Below are positions 42,301-56,715 of a stretch of DNA of 64,000 nt, in pieces. The notes below the pieces were generated by a model. That model worked only from the letters and a program-made list of their open reading frames with translations. It did no database searches and was not told the DNA's origin. This stretch comes from Eledone cirrhosa (Eukaryota). Position numbers and translations under genes: made by a program. Position 1 is the first letter of the stretch, and each line of letters starts with the position of its first letter. The DNA lies in contig OZ024743.1 in NCBI GenBank assembly GCA_964016885.1, positions 206,832,001 to 206,896,000 on the forward strand, given 5' to 3'.

Positions 42301-45300
42301 ACTATGGTGTAGATACAGTGGTCTTACAGTAGTTGTGACTATGGTGTTGATACAGTGGTCTTATGACTATGGTGTTGATACAGTGGTCATACAGTAGTTG
42401 TGTCTATGTTGTTGATACAGTGGTCTTATGACTATGGTTTTGATACAGTGGTCTTACGGTAGTTATGACTATGGTGTTGATACAGTGGTCTTACAGTAGT
42501 TGTGACTATGGTGTTGATACAGTGGTTTTATGACTATGGTGTTGATACAGTGGTCTTACAGTAGTTGTGCCTATGGTGTTGATACAGTGGTCTTATGACT
42601 ATGTTTTTGATACAGTGGTCTTACAGTAGTTGTGCCTATGGTGTTGATACAGTGGTCTTATGACTATGTTGTTGATACAGTGGTCTTACGGTAGTTATGA
42701 TTATGGTGTTGATACAGTGGTCTTACAGTAGTTGTGACTATGGTTTTGATACTGTGGTCTTAGAGTAGTTATGACTATGCTGTTGATACAGTGGTCTTAC
42801 AGTAGTTGTGTCTATGTTGTTGATACAGTGTTCTTATGACTATGGTGTTGATTCAGTGGTCTTACGGTAGTTATGACTATGGTGTTGATACAGTGGTCTT
42901 ACAGTAGTTGTGACTATGGTGTTGATACAGTGGTTTTATGACTATGGTGTTGATACAGTGGTCTTACAGTAGTTGTGCCGATGGTGTTGATACAGTGGTC
43001 TTATGAATATGTTGTTGATACAGTGGTCTTACGGTAGTTATGATTATGGTGTGGATACAGTGGTCTTACAGTAGTTGTGACTATGGTTTTGATACTGTGG
43101 TCTTAGAGTAGTTATGACTATGCTGTTGATACAGTGGTCTTACAGTAGTTGTGTCTATGTTGTTGATACAGTGGTCTTATGACTATGGTGTTGATACAGT
43201 GGTCTTACAGTAGTTGTGACTATGGTTTTGATACTGTGGTCTTAGAGTAGTTATGACTATGCTGTTGATACAGTGGGCTTACAGTAGTTGTGACTGTGGT
43301 GTTGATACAGTGGTCTTAGAGTAGTTGTGACTGTGTTGTTGATACAGTGGTCTTACAGTAGTTGTGACTATGGCTTTTATACAGTGGTCTTACAGTAGTT
43401 ATGACTATGGTGTTGTTACAGTGGTCTTACGATAATTATGACTACGGTGTTTATACAGTGGTCTTACAGTAGTTGTGACTATGGTGTTCATACAGTGGTA
43501 TTACAGACGTTGTGACAATGGTGTTGATACAGTGGTCTTACAGTAGTTGTGACTATGGTGTTGATACAGTAGGCTTACAGTAGTTGTGACTATTGTGTTG
43601 ATACAGTGGTCTTACAGACGTTGTGACTGTGATGTTGATACAGTGGTCTTTCAGTAGTTGTGACTACGGTGTTGAATCAGTGGTCTTACAGTAGTTGTGT
43701 TTATGGTGTTGATACAGTGGTCTTACAGTAGTTGTGAATGTTGTGTTGATACAGTGGTCTTACAGTAGTTGTGGCTGTGGTGTTGATACAGTTATCTTAC
43801 AGTAGTTGTGACTGTGATGTTGATAGAGTGGTCTTACAGAAGTTATAACTGTGGTGTTGATACAGTGGTTTTATGACTATGTTGTTGATACAGTGGTCTT
43901 ACAGTAGTTGTGCCTATGGTGTTGATACAGTGGTCTTATGAATATGTTGTTGATACAGTGGTCTTACGGTAGTTATGACTATGGTGTTGAAACAGTGGTC
44001 TTACAGTAGTTGTGACTATGGTTTTGATACTGTGGTCTTAGAGTAGTTATGACTATGCTGTTGATACAGTGGGCTTACAGTAGTTGTGACTGTGGTGTTG
44101 ATACAGTGGTCTTAGAGTAGTTGTGACTGAGTTGTTGATACAGTGGTCTTACAGTAGTTGTGACTATGGCTTTTATACAGTGGTTTTACAGTAGTTATGA
44201 CTATGGTGTTGATACAGTGGTCTTACGATAGTTATGACTACGGTGTTTATACAGTGGTCTTACAGTAGTTGTGACTATGGTGTTCATACAGTGGTATTAC
44301 AGACGTTGTGACAATGGTGTTGATACAGTGGTCTTACAGTAGTTGTGACTATGGTGTTGATACAGTGGGCTTACAGTAGTTGTGACTATTGTGTTGATAC
44401 AGTGGTCTTACAGACGTTGTGACTGTGATGTTGATACAGTGGTCTTTCAGTAGTTGTGACTACGGTGTTGAATCAGTGGTCTTACAGTAGTTGTGTTTAT
44501 GGTGTTGATACAGTGGTCTTACAGTAGTTGTGACTGTTGTGTTGATACACTGGTCTTACAGTAGTTGTGGCTGTGGTGTTGATACAGTTATCTCACAGTA
44601 GTTGTGACTAAGGTGTAGATACAGTGGTCTTACAGTAGTTGTGACTATGGTGTTGATACAGTGGTCTTATGACTATGGAGTTGATACAGTGGGCTTACAG
44701 TAGTTGTGACTATGGTGTTGATACAGTGGTCTTACAGTAGTTGTGACTATGGTGTTGATAAATTGGTCTTACTGTAGTTGTGACTGTGGTGTTGATACAG
44801 TGGTCTTACAATAGTTGTAACTATGGTGTTGATACAGTGGTCTTACATTAGTTATGACTATGGTGTTGATACAGTGGTCTTACAGTAGTTGTCACTATGG
44901 TGTGGATACAGTGGTCTTATGACTATGGTGTTGATACAGTGGTCTTACGGTAGTTATGACCATAGTGTTGATACAGTGGTCTTAAAGTAGTTGTGAATAT
45001 AGTGTTGATACAGTGGTCTTACTGTAGTTGTGACTGTGGTGTTGATACAGTGGTCTTACAGTAGTTGTGACTGTGGTGCTGATACAGTGGTCTTACAGTG
45101 GTTGTGACTGTGGTGTTGATACAATTGTCTTACAGTAGTTGTGACTATGGTGTTGATACAGTGGGCTTACACTAGTTGTGACTGTGGTGTTGATACAGTG
45201 TTCTTACAGTAGTTGTGAGTGTGGTGTTGATACATTGGTCTTACAGTAGTTGTAACTGTGTTGTTGATACAGTGGTCTTACAGTAGTTGTGACTATAGTG

Positions 45301-48300
45301 TTGATACAGTGGTTTTACAGTAGATGTGACTGTGGTGTTGATACAGTGGTCTGACAGTAGTTATGACTGTGGTGTTGATACAGTGGTCTTAAAGTTGTTG
45401 TGACTTTAGTGTTGATACAGTGGTATTACAGACGTTGTGTCTATGGTGTTGATACAGTTGTCTTACAGTAGTTGTGACTATGGTGTTCATACAGCTATCT
45501 TGCAGTAGTTGTGACTATGGTGTTGATACAGTGGTTTTACAGACGTTGTGACTGTGGCGTTGATACAGTGGTCTTACAGTAGTTGTGACTACGGTGTTGA
45601 ATCAGTTGTCTTACAGTAGTTGTGATTATGGTGTTGATACAGTGGTCTTACAGTTGTGGCTGTGGTGTTGATACAGTGGTCTTACAGTTGTTGTAACTAT
45701 AGTGTTGATACAGTGGTATTACAGACGTTATGACTATGGTGTTGATACAGTGGTCTTACGATAGTTATGACTATGGTGTTCATACAGTGGTCTTACAGTA
45801 GTTGTGACTATGGTGTTCATACAGTGGTATTACAGACGTTGTGACAATGGTGTTGATACAGTGGTCTTACAGTAGTTGTGACTATGGTGTTGATACAGTG
45901 GGCTTACAGTAGTTGTGACTATTGTGTTGATACAGTGGTCTTCCAGTAGTTGTGACTACGGTGTTGATACAGTGGTCTTACAGTAGTTGTGTTTATGGTG
46001 TTGATACAGTGGTCTTACAGTAGTTGTGACTGTGGTGTTGATACAGTGGTCTTACAGTTGTTGTGACTATAATGTTGATACAGTGGTATTACAGACGTTG
46101 TGACTATGGTGTTGATACAGTTGTCTTACAGTAGTTGTGACTATGGTGTTCATACAGCTGTATTGCAGTAGTTGTGACTATGGTGTTGATACAGTGGTCT
46201 TACAGACGTTGTGACTGTGGTGTTGATACAGTGGTCTTACAGTAGTTGTGACTACGGTGTTGAATCAATTGTCTTACAGTAGTTGTGATTATGGTGTTGA
46301 TACAGTGGTCTTACAGTTGTGGCTGTGGTGTTGATACAGTGGTCTTACAGTGGTTGTGGCTGTGGTGTTGATATAGTGATCTTACAGTAGTTGTGACTGT
46401 GATGTTGATACAGTGGTCTTACAGTAGTTATAACTGTGGGGTTGATACAGTGTTCTTACAGTAGTTGTGACTATGGTGTAGATACAGTGGTCTTACAGTA
46501 GTTGTGACTATGGTGTTGATACAGTGGTCTTATGACTATGGTGTTGATACAGTGGTCTTACAGTAGTTGTGTCTATGTTGTTGATACAGTGGTCTTATGA
46601 CTATGGTGTTGATACAGTGGTCTTACGGTAGTTATGACTATGGTGTTGATACAGTGGTCTTACAGTAGTTGTGACTATGGTATTGATACAGTGGTTTTAT
46701 GGCTATGGTGTTGATACAGTGGTCTTACAGTAGTTGTGCCTATGGTGTTGATACAGTGGTCTTATGACTATGTTGTTGATACAGTGGTCTTACGGTAGTT
46801 ATGACTATGGTGTTGATACAGTGGTCTTACAGTAGTTGTGACTATGGTTTTGATACTGTGGTCTTAGAGTAGTTATGACTATGCTGTTGATACAGTGGGC
46901 TTACAGTAGTTTTGACTGTGGTGTTGATACAGTGGTCTTAGAGTAGTTGTGACTGTGTTGTTGATACAGTGGTCTTACAGTAGTTGTGACTATGGCTTTT
47001 ATACAGTGGTCTTACAGTAGTTATGATTATGGTGTTGATACAGTGGTCTTACGATAGTTATGACTATGGTGTTTATACAGTGGTCTTACAGTAGTTGTGA
47101 CTATGGTGTTCATACAGTGGTATTACAGACGTTGTGACTATGGTGTTGATACAGTGGTCTTACAGTAGTTGTGACTATGGTGTTGATACAGTGGGCTTAC
47201 AGTAGTTGTGACTATTGTGTTGATACAGTGGTCTTACAGTAGTTGTGACTGTTGTGTTGATACAGTGGTCTTACAGTAGTTGTGACTGTTGTGTTGATAC
47301 AGTGGTCTTACAGTATTTGTGGCTGTGGTGTTGATACAGTTATCTTACAGTAGTTGTGACTGTGATGTTGATAGAGGGGTCTTACAGAAGTTATAACTGT
47401 GGTGTTGATACAGTGTTCTTACAGTAGTTGTGACTAAGGTGTAGATACAGTGGTCTTACAGTAGTTGTGACTATGGTGTTGATACAGTGGTCTTATGACT
47501 ATGGTGCTGATACAGTGGGCTTACAGTAGTTGTGACTATGGTGTTGATACAGTGGTCTTACAGTAGTTATGACTATGGTGTTGATAAAGTGGTCTTACTG
47601 TAGTTGTGACTGTGGTGTTGATACAGTGGTCTTACAATAGTTGTAACTATGGTGTTGATACAGTGGTCTTACAGTAGTTATGACTATGGTGTTGATACAG
47701 TGGTCTTACAGTAGTTGTCACTATAGTGTTGATACAGTGGTCTTATGACTATTGTGTTGATACAGTGGTCTTACGGTAGTTATGATTATGGTGTGGATAC
47801 AGTGGTCTTACAGTAGTTGTGAATATGGTGTTGATACAGTGGTCTTACTGTAGTTGTGACTGAGGTGTTGATACAGTGGTCATACAGTAGTTGTGACTGT
47901 GGTGCTGATACAGTGGTCTTACAGTAGTTGTGACTGTGGTGTTGATACAGTTGTCTTACAGTAGTTGTGATTATGGTGTTGATACAGTGGTCTTACACTA
48001 GTTGTGACTGTGGTGTTGATACAGTGGTCTTACAGTAGTTGTGAGTGTGGTGTTGATACATTGGTCTTACAGTAGTTGTAACTGTGTTGTTGATACAGTG
48101 GTCTTACAGTAGTTGTGACTATAGTGTTGATACAGTGGTTTTACAGTGGATGTGACTGTGGTGTTGATACAGTGGTTTTCAGTAGTTGTGACTGTGGTGT
48201 TGATACAGTGGTCTTACAGTTGTTGTGACTATAGTGTTGATACAGTGGTATTACAGACGTTGTGACTATGGTGTTGATACAGTTGTCTTACAGTAGTTGT

Positions 48301-49499
48301 GACTATGGTGTTCATACAGCTGTCTTGCAGTAGTTGTGACTATGGTGTTGATACAGTGGTCTTACAGTAGTTGTGCCTATGGTGTTGATACAGTGGTCTT
48401 ATGACTATGTTTTTGATACAGTGGTCTTACAGTAGTTGTGCCTATGTTGTTGATACAGTGGTCTTACAGTAGTTGTGACTATGGTTTAGATACTGTGGTC
48501 TTAGAGTAGTTATGACTATGCTGTTCATACAGTGGGCTTACAGTAGTTGTGACTGTGGTGTTGATACAGTGGTCTTAGAGTAGTTGTGACTGTGTTGTTG
48601 ATACAGTGGTCTTACAGTAGTTGTGACTATGGCTTTTATACAGTGGTCTTACAGTAGTTATGATTATGGTGTTGATACAGTGGTCTTACGATAGTTATGA
48701 CTATGGTGTTTATACAGTGGTATTACAGTAGTTGTGACTATGGTGTTCATACAGTGGTATTACAGACGTTGTGACTATGGTGTTGACACAGTGGTCTTAC
48801 AGTAGTTGTGACTATGGTGTTGATACAGTGGGCTTACAGTAGTTGTGACTATTGTCTTGATACAGTGGTCTTACAGACGTTGTGACTGTGGTGTTGATAC
48901 AGTGGTCTTACAGTAGTTATGACTACGGTGTTGAATCAGTGGTCTTACAGTAGTTGTGTTTATGGTGTTGATACAGTGGTCTTACAGTAGTTGTGACTGT
49001 TGTGTTGATACAGTGGTCTTACAGTAGTTGTGGCTGTGGTGTTGATACAGTTATCTTACAGTAGTTGTGACTGTGATGTTGATAGAGGGGTCTTACAGAA
49101 GTTATAACTCTGGTGTTGATACAGTGTTCTTACAGTAGTTGTGACTAAGGTGTAGATACAGTGGTCTTACAGTAGTTGTGACTATGGTGTTGATACAGTG
49201 GTCTTATGACTATGGTGTTGATACAGTGGGCTTACAGTAGTTGTGACTATGGTGTTGATACAGTGGTCTTACAGTAGTTGTGACTATGGTGTTGATAAAG
49301 TGGTCTTACTGTAGTGGTGACTGTGGTGTTGATACAGTGGTCTTACAATAGTTGTAACTATGGTGTTGCTACAGTGGTTTTACAGTAGTTATGACTATGG
49401 TGTTGATACAGTGGTCTTACAGTAGGTGTCTCTATGCTGTTGATACAGTGATCCTATGAATATGGTCTTGATACAATTGTCTTACGGTAGTTATGACTA

Positions 49500-52400
49500 T
49501 GGTGTTGATACAGTGGTCTTACAGTAGTTGTGAATATGGTGTTGATACAGTGGTCTTACTGTAGTTGTGACTGTGGTGTTGATACAGTGGTCTTACAGAC
49601 GTTGTGACTGTGGTGCTGATACAGTGGTCTTACAGTAGTTGTGACTGTGGTGTTTATACAGTTGTCTTACAGTAGTTGTGACTATGGTGTTGATACAGTG
49701 GTCTTACAGTAGTTGTGACTGTGGTCTTGATACAGTGGTCTTACAGTAGTTGTGAGTGTCGTGTCGATACATTGGTCTTACAGTAGTTGTAACTGTGTTG
49801 TTGATACAGTGGTCTTACAGTAGTTGTGACTATAGTGTTGATACAGTGGTTTTACAGTATTTGTGACTGTGGTGTTGATACAGTGGTCTTACAGTTGTTG
49901 TGACTATAGTGTTGATACAGTGGTATTACAGACGTTGTGACTATGGTGTTGATACAGTTGTCTTACAGTAGTTGTGACTATGGTGTTCATACAGCGGTCT
50001 TGCAGTAGTTGTGACTACGGTGTTGATACCGTGGTCTTACAGTAGTTGTGAGTGTGGTGTTGATACAGTGGGCTTACAGTAGTTGTGACTGTGGTGTTGA
50101 TACAGTGGTCTTAGAGTAGTTGTGACTGTGTTGTTGATACAGTGGTCTTACAGTAGTTGTGGCTGTGGTGTTGTTACAGTGGGCTTACAGTAGTTGTGAC
50201 TGTGGTGTTGATACAGTGGTCTTAGAGTAGTTGTGACTGTGTTGTTGATACAGTGGTCTTACAGTAGTTGTGACTATGGTGTTGTTTCAGTGGTCTTACA
50301 GACGTTGTGACTACGGTGTTGATACCGTGGTCTTACAGTAGTTGTGATTATGGTGTTGATACAGTGGTCTTACAGTAGTTGTGACTATGGTATGGATACA
50401 GTGGTCTTACAGTAGTTGTGACTATAGTGTTGATACAGTGGTCTTACAGTAGTTGTGACTATGGTGTGGATACAGTGGTCTTACAGTAGTTATGACTGTG
50501 ATGTTGATACAGTGGTCTTACACTAGTTGTGACTGTGGTGTTGATACAGTGGTCTTACAGTAGTTGTGACTATGGTGTTGATACTGTGGTATTACAGAGG
50601 TTGTGACTAGGGTGTTGATACAGTGGTCTTACAGTAGTTGTGACTATGGTGTTCATACAGTGGTCTTACAGCAATTTTTAATACGGTGTTGATACAGTGG
50701 TCTTACAGTAGTTGTAATTATGGTGTTTATACAGTGGTCTTACAGTAGTTGTGACATTGGTGTTGATATAGTTGTCTTAGAGTAGTTATGACTGTGGTGT
50801 TGATACAGTGGTCTTACAGTAGTTGTGACTATAGTGTTGATACAGTGGTATTACAGACGTTGTGACGATGGAGTGTATACAGTGGTCTTACAGTAGTTGT
50901 GATTACGGTGTTGATACCGTGGTCTTACAGTAGTTGTGATTATTGTGTTGATACAGTGGTCTTACAGTAGTTGTGACTATGGTGTGGATACAGTGGTCTT
51001 ACAGTAGTTATGACTGTGGTGTTGATACAGTGGTCTTACAGTAGTTGTGACTGTGGTGTTGATGCAGTGGTCTTACAGTAATTGTGACTGTGGTGTTGAT
51101 ACAGTGGTCTTACAGTAGTTGTAACTGTGGTGTTGATACAGTGGTCTTACAGTAGTTGTGACTGTGGTGTTGATACAGTGGTCTTACAGTAGTTGTAACT
51201 GTGGTGTTGGTACAGTGGTATTACAGACGTTGTGACTATGGTGTTGATACAGTGGTCTTACAGTAGTTGTGACTATGGTGTTCATACAGTGGTCTTGCAG
51301 CAGTTGTGACTACGGTGTTGATAACGTGGTCTTACAGTAGTTGTGATTATTGTGTTGATACAGTGGTCTTACAGTAGTTGTTGCTGTGGTGTTGATACAG
51401 TGGGCTTACAGTAGTCGTGACTGTGTTGTTGATACAGTGGTCTTACAGTAGTTGTGACTATGGTGTTGATTCAGTGGTCTTACAGACGTTGTGACTACGG
51501 TGTTGATACCGTGGTCTTACAGTAGTTGTGATTATGGTGTTGATAAAGTGGTCTTACAGTAGTTGTGGCTGTGGTGTTGATATAGTGGTTTTAGAGTAGT
51601 TATGACTGTGGTGTTGATACAGTGGTCTTACAGTAGTTGTGAATATGGTGTTGATACAGTGGTCTTACTGTAGTTGTGACTGTGGTGTTGATACAGTGGT
51701 CTTACAGACGTTGTGACTGTGGTGCTGATACAGTGGTCTTACAGTAGTTGTGACTGTGGTGTTTATACAGTTGTCTTACAGTAGTTGTGACTATGGTGTT
51801 GATACAGTGGTCTTACAGTAGTTGTGACTGTGGTCTTGATACAGTGGTCTTACAGTAGTTGTGAGTGTCGTGTCGATACATTGGTCTTACAGTAGTTGTA
51901 ACTGTGTTGTTGATACAGTGGTCTTACAGTAGTTGTGACTATAGTGTTGATACAGTGGTTTTACAGTATTTGTGACTGTGGTGTTGATACAGTGGTCTTA
52001 CAGTTGTTGTGACTATAGTGTTGATACAGTGGTATTACAGACGTTGTGACTATGGTGTTGATACAGTTGTCTTACAGTAGTTGTGACTATGGTGTTCATA
52101 CAGCGGTCTTGCAGTAGTTGTGACTACGGTGTTGATACCGTGGTCTTACAGTAGTTGTGAGTGTGGTGTTGATACAGTGGGCTTACAGTAGTTGTGACTG
52201 TGGTGTTGATACAGTGGTCTTAGAGTAGTTGTGACTGTGTTGTTGATACAGTGGTCTTACAGTAGTTGTGGCTGTGGTGTTGTTACAGTGGGCTTACAGT
52301 AGTTGTGACTGTGGTGTTGATACAGTGGTCTTAGAGTAGTTGTGACTGTGTTGTTGATACAGTGGTCTTACAGTAGTTGTGACTATGGTGTTGTTTCAGT

Positions 52401-55400
52401 GGTCTTACAGACGTTGTGACTACGGTGTTGATACCGTGGTCTTACAGTAGTTGTGATTATGGTGTTGATACAGTGGTCTTACAGTAGTTGTGACTATGGT
52501 ATGGATACAGTGGTCTTACAGTAGTTGTGACTATAGTGTTGATACAGTGGTCTTACAGTAGTTGTGACTATGGTGTGGATACAGTGGTCTTACAGTAGTT
52601 ATGACTGTGATGTTGATACAGTGGTCTTACACTAGTTGTGACTGTGGTGTTGATACAGTGGTCTTACAGTAGTTGTGACTATGGTGTTGATACTGTGGTA
52701 TTACAGAGGTTGTGACTAGGGTGTTGATACAGTGGCCTTACAGTAGTTGTGACTATGGTGTTCATACAGTGGTCTTACAGCAGTTTTTAATACGGTGTTG
52801 ATACAGTGGTCTTACAGTAGTTGTAATTATGGTGTTTATACAGTGGTCTTACAGTAGTTGTGACATTGGTGTTGATATAGTTGTCTTAGAGTAGTTATGA
52901 CTGTGGTGTTGATACAGTGGTCTTACAGTAGTTGTGACTATAGTGTTGATACAGTGGTATTACAGACGTTGTGACGATGGTGTGTATACAGTGGTCTTAC
53001 AGTAGTTGTGATTACGGTGTTGATACCGTGGTCTTACAGTAGTTGTGATTATTGTGTTGATACAGTGGTCTTACAGTAGTTGTGACTATGGTGTGGATAC
53101 AGTGGTCTTACAGTAGTTATGACTGTGGTGTTGATACAGTGGTCTTACAGTAGTTGTGACTGTGGTGTTGATGCAGTGGTCTTACAGTAATTGTGACTGT
53201 GGTGTTGATACAGTGGTCTTACAGTAGTTGTAACTGTGGTGTTGATACAGTGGTCTTACAGTAGTTGTGACTGTGGTGTTGATACAGTGGTCTTACAGTA
53301 GTTGTGACTATAGTGTTGGTACAGTGGTATTACAGACGTTGTGACTATGGTGTTGATACAGTGGTCTTACAGTAGTTGTGACTATGATGTTCATACAGTG
53401 GTCTTGCAGCAGTTGTGACTACGGTGTTGATAACGTGGTCTTACAGTAGTTGTGATTATTGTGTTGATACAGTGGTCTTACAGTAGTTGTTGCTGTGGTG
53501 TTGATACAGTGGGCTTACAGTAGTCGTGACTGTGTTGTTGATACAGTGGTCTTACAGTAGTTGTGACTATGGTGTTGATTCAGTGGTCTTACAGACGTTG
53601 TGACTACGGTGTTGATACCGTGGTCTTACAGTAGTTGTGATTATGGTGTTGATAAAGTGGTCTTACAGTAGTTGTGGCTGTGGTGTTGATATAGTGGTTT
53701 TAGAGTAGTTATGACTGTGGTGTTGATACAGTGGTCTTACAGTAGTTGTGAATATGGTGTTGATACAGTGGTCTTACTGTAGTTGTGACTGTGGTGTTGA
53801 TACAGTGGTCTTACAGACGTTGTGACTGTGGTGCTGATACAGTGGTCTTACAGTAGTTGTGACTGTGGTGTTTATACAGTTGTCTTACAGTAGTTGTGAC
53901 TATGGTGTTGATACAGTGGTCTTACAGTAGTTGTGACTGTGGTCTTGATACAGTGGTCTTACAGTAGTTGTGAGTGTCGTGTCGATACATTGGTCTTACA
54001 GTAGTTGTAACTGTGTTGTTGATACAGTGGTCTTACAGTAGTTGTGACTATAGTGTTGATACAGTGGTTTTACAGTATTTGTGACTGTGGTGTTGATACA
54101 GTGGTCTTACAGTTGTTGTGACTATAGTGTTGATACAGTGGTATTACAGACGTTGTGACTATGGTGTTGATACAGTTGTCTTACAGTAGTTGTGACTATG
54201 GTGTTCATACAGCGGTCTTGCAGTAGTTGTGACTACGGTGTTGATACCGTGGTCTTACAGTAGTTGTGAGTGTGGTGTTGATACAGTGGGCTTACAGTAG
54301 TTGTGACTGTGGTGTTGATACAGTGGTCTTAGAGTAGTTGTGACTGTGTTGTTGATACAGTGGTCTTACAGTAGTTGTGGCTGTGGTGTTGTTACAGTGG
54401 GCTTACAGTAGTTGTGACTGTGGTGTTGATACAGTGGTCTTAGAGTAGTTGTGACTGTGTTGTTGATACAGTGGTCTTACAGTAGTTGTGACTATGGTGT
54501 TGTTTCAGTGGTCTTACAGACGTTGTGACTACGGTGTTGATACCGTGGTCTTACAGTAGTTGTGATTATGGTGTTGATACAGTGGTCTTACAGTAGTTGT
54601 GACTATGGTATGGATACAGTGGTCTTACAGTAGTTGTGACTATAGTGTTGATACAGTGGTCTTACAGTAGTTGTGACTATGGTGTGGATACAGTGGTCTT
54701 ACAGTAGTTATGACTGTGATGTTGATACAGTGGTCTTACACTAGTTGTGACTGTGGTGTTGATACAGTGGTCTTACAGTAGTTGTGACTATGGTGTTGAT
54801 ACTGTGGTATTACAGAGGTTGTGACTAGGGTGTTGATACAGTGGTCTTACAGTAGTTGTGACTATGGTGTTCATACAGTGGTCTTACAGCAGTTTTTAAT
54901 ACGGTGTTGATACAGTGGTCTTACAGTAGTTGTAATTATGGTGTTTATACAGTGGTCTTACAGTAGTTGTGACATTGGTGTTGATATAGTTGTCTTAGAG
55001 TAGTTATGACTGTGGTGTTGATACAGTGGTCTTACAGTAGTTGTGACTATAGTGTTGATACAGTGGTATTACAGACGTTGTGACGATGGTGTGTATACAG
55101 TGGTCTTACAGTAGTTGTGATTACGGTGTTGATACCGTGGTCTTACAGTAGTTGTGATTATTGTGTTGATACAGTGGTCTTACAGTAGTTGTGACTATGG
55201 TGTGGATACAGTGGTCTTACAGTAGTTATGACTGTGGTGTTGATACAGTGGTCTTACAGTAGTTGTGACTGTGGTGTTGATGCAGTGGTCTTACAGTAAT
55301 TGTGACTGTGGTGTTGATACAGTGGTCTTACAGTAGTTGTAACTGTGGTGTTGATACAGTGGTCTTACAGTAGTTGTGACTGTGGTGTTGATACAGTGGT

Positions 55401-55859
55401 CTTACAGTAGTTGTGACTATAGTGTTGGTACAGTGGTATTACAGACGTTGTGACTATGGTGTTGATACAGTGGTCTTACAGTAGTTGTGACTATGGTGTT
55501 CATACAGTGGTCTTGCAGCAGTTGTGACTACGGTGTTGATAACGTGGTCTTACAGTAGTTGTGATTATTGTGTTGATACAGTGGTCTTACAGTAGTTGTT
55601 GCTGTGGTGTTGATACAGTGGGCTTACAGTAGTCGTGACTGTGTTGTTGATACAGTGGTCTTACAGTAGTTGTGACTATGGTGTTGATTCAGTGGTCTTA
55701 CAGACGTTGTGACTACGGTGTTGATACCGTGGTCTTACAGTAGTTGTGATTATGGTGTTGATAAAGTGGTCTTACAGTAGTTGTGGCTGTGGTGTTGATA
55801 TAGTGGTTTTAGAGTAGTTATGACTGTGGTGTTGATACAGTGGTCTTACAGTAGTTGTG
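49500..55859. repeat. Higher-order repeat, 2109-bp unit (exactly 57 full-length monomers), 3 near-identical copies
   Basis: GTCGTGTCG at 49758, 51867, 53976 and TGAATATGG at 49531, 51640, 53749 are all spaced 2109 = 57x37. Only a handful of differences separate the copies. Confidence 0.95.
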
Positions 55860-56715
55860 GTTGTGGTGTTGATACAGTGGTCTTATAGTAGTTGTGGTTG
55901 TGGTGTTGATACAGTTGTCTTACAGTAGTTATGACTGTGGTGTTGATACAGTAGTCTTACAGTAGTTGTGACTGTGGTGTTGATTACAGTGGTCTTACAG
56001 TTGTTGTGACTATAGTGTTGATACAGTGGTATTACAGACGTTGTGACTATGGTGTTGATACAGTGGTCTTACAGTAGTTGTGACTATGGTGTTGATACAG
56101 TGGTCTTACATTAGTTATGACTATGGTGTTGATACAGTGGTCTTACGGTAGTTATGACTATGGTGTTCATACAGTGGTCTTACAGTAGTTGTGACTATGG
56201 TGTTGATACAGTGGTCTTACAATAGTTGTGACTATGGTGTTGATACAGTGGTCTTACAGTAATTATGACTATGGTGTTGATACAGTGGTCTTACAGTAGT
56301 TGTGACTATGGTGTTGATACAGTGGTCTTATGACTATGGTGTTGATACAGTGGTCTTACGGTAGTTGTGACTGTGGTGTTGATACAGTGGTATTACAGAC
56401 GTTGTGACTATGGTGTTGATACAGTGGTCTTACAGTAGTTGTGACTATGGTGTTGATACAGTGGTCTTACAGTAGTTGTGACTATGGTGTTGATACAGTG
56501 GTATTACAGTAGTTGTGACTATGGTGTTGATACAGTGGTCTTATGACTGTGGTGTTGATACAGTGGTCTTACATTAGTTATGACTATGGTATTGATACAG
56601 TGGTCTTACAGTATTTGTGACTATGGTTTTGATACGGTGGTCTTAGAGTAGTTATGACTATGCTGTTGATACAGTCGGCTTATAGTAGTTGTGACTGTGG
56701 TGTTGATACAGTGGT

